Assembly (NCBI GenBank): GCA_964561115.1
Contig: CAZLOE010000005.1
Location: 1 to 63,493, forward strand
Origin: an uncultured Actinomycetota bacterium
GTDB taxonomy: Bacteria > Actinomycetota > Humimicrobiia > Humimicrobiales > Humimicrobiaceae
DNA: 63,493 nt
Direction of reading: 5' to 3'
Part shown: one piece after another, positions 61,778 through 63,493 of the stretch
Layout of the letters: each line of letters opens with the position of its first letter
Position numbering within the stretch: position 1 is the stretch's first letter
Position numbers and translations under genes: made by a program
Notes under the pieces: model-generated
Seen by the model: only the letters and a program-made list of their open reading frames with translations
What the model was told of the DNA's origin: nothing
The model's database searches: none

Positions 61778-61815
61778 AAATCAACATTTGATAAGAATAC
61801 GATAGGTTTGTTGTT

Positions 61816-63201
61816 ATGAAATACGAGATGAGACATGCTAAAAAGCCGGACAATAAAAGTAAGGTAAAATTCAGCAAAAAAAAGATCATAGCAATTACAT
61901 TAGGTTCTATAGCGGGAATAGCAGTTATTGTACTATGTGTTTTATACTTTCAGGTGATCTTTAGCTTTATAAATTCAAAGATAGATGCTCTTTCTAACTG
62001 GTTTTCAGGGATTAGTGCCGTTGAAGACTCGGAGATTTCCGATGAATCCGTAGAGACAGCAGTTGGAGATGACAGTACACAGGATAATATGGAAGAATTA
62101 CCGGAGGAGTCAGAAGAAGAGCCCGAAGAAGAGGAGGAAGAGGAAGAAAAAACAGCGCCGACCATTAAGCTTGAGATATATCAAAATGCTACTCTTGAAG
62201 GCGGTGTATGTTACTGGAGAATAAGAGCCGTTGTCACCGGAGATCCTGCCCCTGAAATAGAGTGGAATAAAGATGACAGCCTGGGTTTTTTTGGAGACGC
62301 AATTGCCCAGGTCAATCTAAATGACAGCGGCGAGACATTCACTCTTGTTGCAACTGCGTCTAATTCTGAAGGCACTGCAACAGATTCAATAGATCTAAGC
62401 TGGGAGTGTAACAGCAAGCCACAAATAAAAGGCATTTCACTTTCAGAAGATGTTTTATATGTAGGAGAGCAATACCAGGTTTTTGTCGATGTCTCAGATG
62501 CGGATAATGATGTCCTTTCTTTTAGCTGGAGTGTAACCGGAGGATCCATTGTCGACAGTACTGCAAATCCGATTGAATGGAACACGCCCGATGCTCCCGA
62601 TGATTACCAGGTTTCAGTCGTTGTAAATGATGGACATGGAAATACTGCAGAGAGTTCGGTAGCAGTATATGTGGGAGAGGTGACTGTGGAACATAATCCT
62701 GAAAATATAACCATTCCAAAGAAAGCAGGAGAGGGCGGCTATATTGAATTTGGAGGAGGTACTCATATAGGCGGCGATATCTATGCCGGTGATTCGGATG
62801 ATGACAGACCATGCGGCGGATTTATCAGTTTTGACATATCAGACCTGGGGGGAAGTATAGTCGAGTCGGCTTCCCTTACATTAAGCGGTGCTTCCATATC
62901 CGGAGATCCCTTGGAATTTCTTAAAAAGTTAAATATAAATGTATTGGATTGGGGGGCGGAACCCATCACTCAAAGTGATTTTGAATCGGTCGGTATCTTT
63001 GTGGAAAGTTATGATTATCCAGGTATTACCTGCAATGTCTCCAAACTAAAAGAGGAGTTGCAGAGGGCTATAAATGAAGGAAAATCAAGATTTCAGATCA
63101 GAGTCCGTTTCAGCGGACCTTATACTGATGGTGATGGTCAGGCTGACAGCTGGAGGTACTCACAGACCAATGTGGTCTTAAATGCAACTATAGTCCGGTA
63201 A
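61816..63201 (+). CDS. Membrane-anchored surface protein with acidic linker and Ig/PKD-like domains
   Basis: Basic N-terminus, TM, poly-E linker, D.D.D.L.FSW..TGG..W..P..P.DY.V.V.V.DG PKD-like pattern. Confidence 0.7.
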   Translation: MKYEMRHAKKPDNKSKVKFSKKKIIAITLGSIAGIAVIVLCVLYFQVIFSFINSKIDALSNWFSGISAVEDSEISDESVETAVGDDSTQDNMEELPEESEEEPEEEEEEEEKTAPTIKLEIYQNATLEGGVCYWRIRAVVTGDPAPEIEWNKDDSLGFFGDAIAQVNLNDSGETFTLVATASNSEGTATDSIDLSWECNSKPQIKGISLSEDVLYVGEQYQVFVDVSDADNDVLSFSWSVTGGSIVDSTANPIEWNTPDAPDDYQVSVVVNDGHGNTAESSVAVYVGEVTVEHNPENITIPKKAGEGGYIEFGGGTHIGGDIYAGDSDDDRPCGGFISFDISDLGGSIVESASLTLSGASISGDPLEFLKKLNINVLDWGAEPITQSDFESVGIFVESYDYPGITCNVSKLKEELQRAINEGKSRFQIRVRFSGPYTDGDGQADSWRYSQTNVVLNATIVR

Positions 63202-63320
63202 GGGATAATTGTCTTGACATTATTTATTATTTATGCAATTATTCTCTACACAATATTCTTAATAAAAATGTAGAAATAAATATAGTAATTTAACTGTAAA
63301 AAAATGATTTATACGCAGCA

Positions 63321-63493
63321 ATGATGAAGAAAGACTTTCATAGAAAGTATGATATTTTTTTTGTAAGAAAAGCAGTATTGGCACCTGTCTTATTCTTCCT
63401 TATAATAATCTTTTTATTTACCTTTTCCTGTGGTGTCGACAGTAATCCAGCGACAGCATCAGTTGACAGTGCATCTAATAATCAAACAGAAGG
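63321..63493 (+). CDS. Lipoprotein, N-terminal fragment running off the window
   Basis: Hand translation MMKKDFHRKY...FLFTFSCGVDSNPATAS: signal peptide ending in Cys, no stop before the window end. Confidence 0.55.
   Translation, partial: MMKKDFHRKYDIFFVRKAVLAPVLFFLIIIFLFTFSCGVDSNPATASVDSASNNQTE

Overview
AT-rich bacterial chromosomal window from what looks like an anaerobe. The argS-lysA-hom-thrC synteny, the LCP+LytR_C architecture and the GerMN and LppM-like lipoproteins suggest a low-GC Actinomycetota lineage; that is inference, not verified. The backbone is housekeeping: nadABC plus a GH1 glycosidase, an archaeal-looking TopA, a two-subunit fumarate hydratase whose subunits are encoded convergently, a 1427-aa PlsA/Ger-type ether-lipid reductase candidate, tmk-holB-ricT-tRNA-Thr-argS-lysA-hom-thrC-apgM, a Na+-type A/V ATPase operon, tsaC-rpiB-glyA, dCMP deaminase, murA, and a cell-wall glycan locus interrupted by TA and AAA-ATPase islets. 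The main result is the accessory island at about 24.2-29.8 kb. Four direct copies of a tRNA-3'-end-like site (24187, 25766, 27139, 29122) separate unrelated cargo modules: an ankyrin lipoprotein, a nucleotidyltransferase/DNA-binding pair with a doubled operator, an ArsR-permease-thioredoxin module, and RelE-antitoxin. On the minus strand, three of the sites begin a conserved ~24-aa peptide (xxPSxxISNQI[L/M]xx[L/I]xx[F/I]xx[L/I]) that runs well beyond the DNA repeat and ends at a near-identical stop position. The fourth site reads like tRNA antisense (LVAPK*LEP). I interpret this as a stack of att scars carrying displaced recombinase C-termini. Neither the integrase nor the intact target tRNA is in the window.
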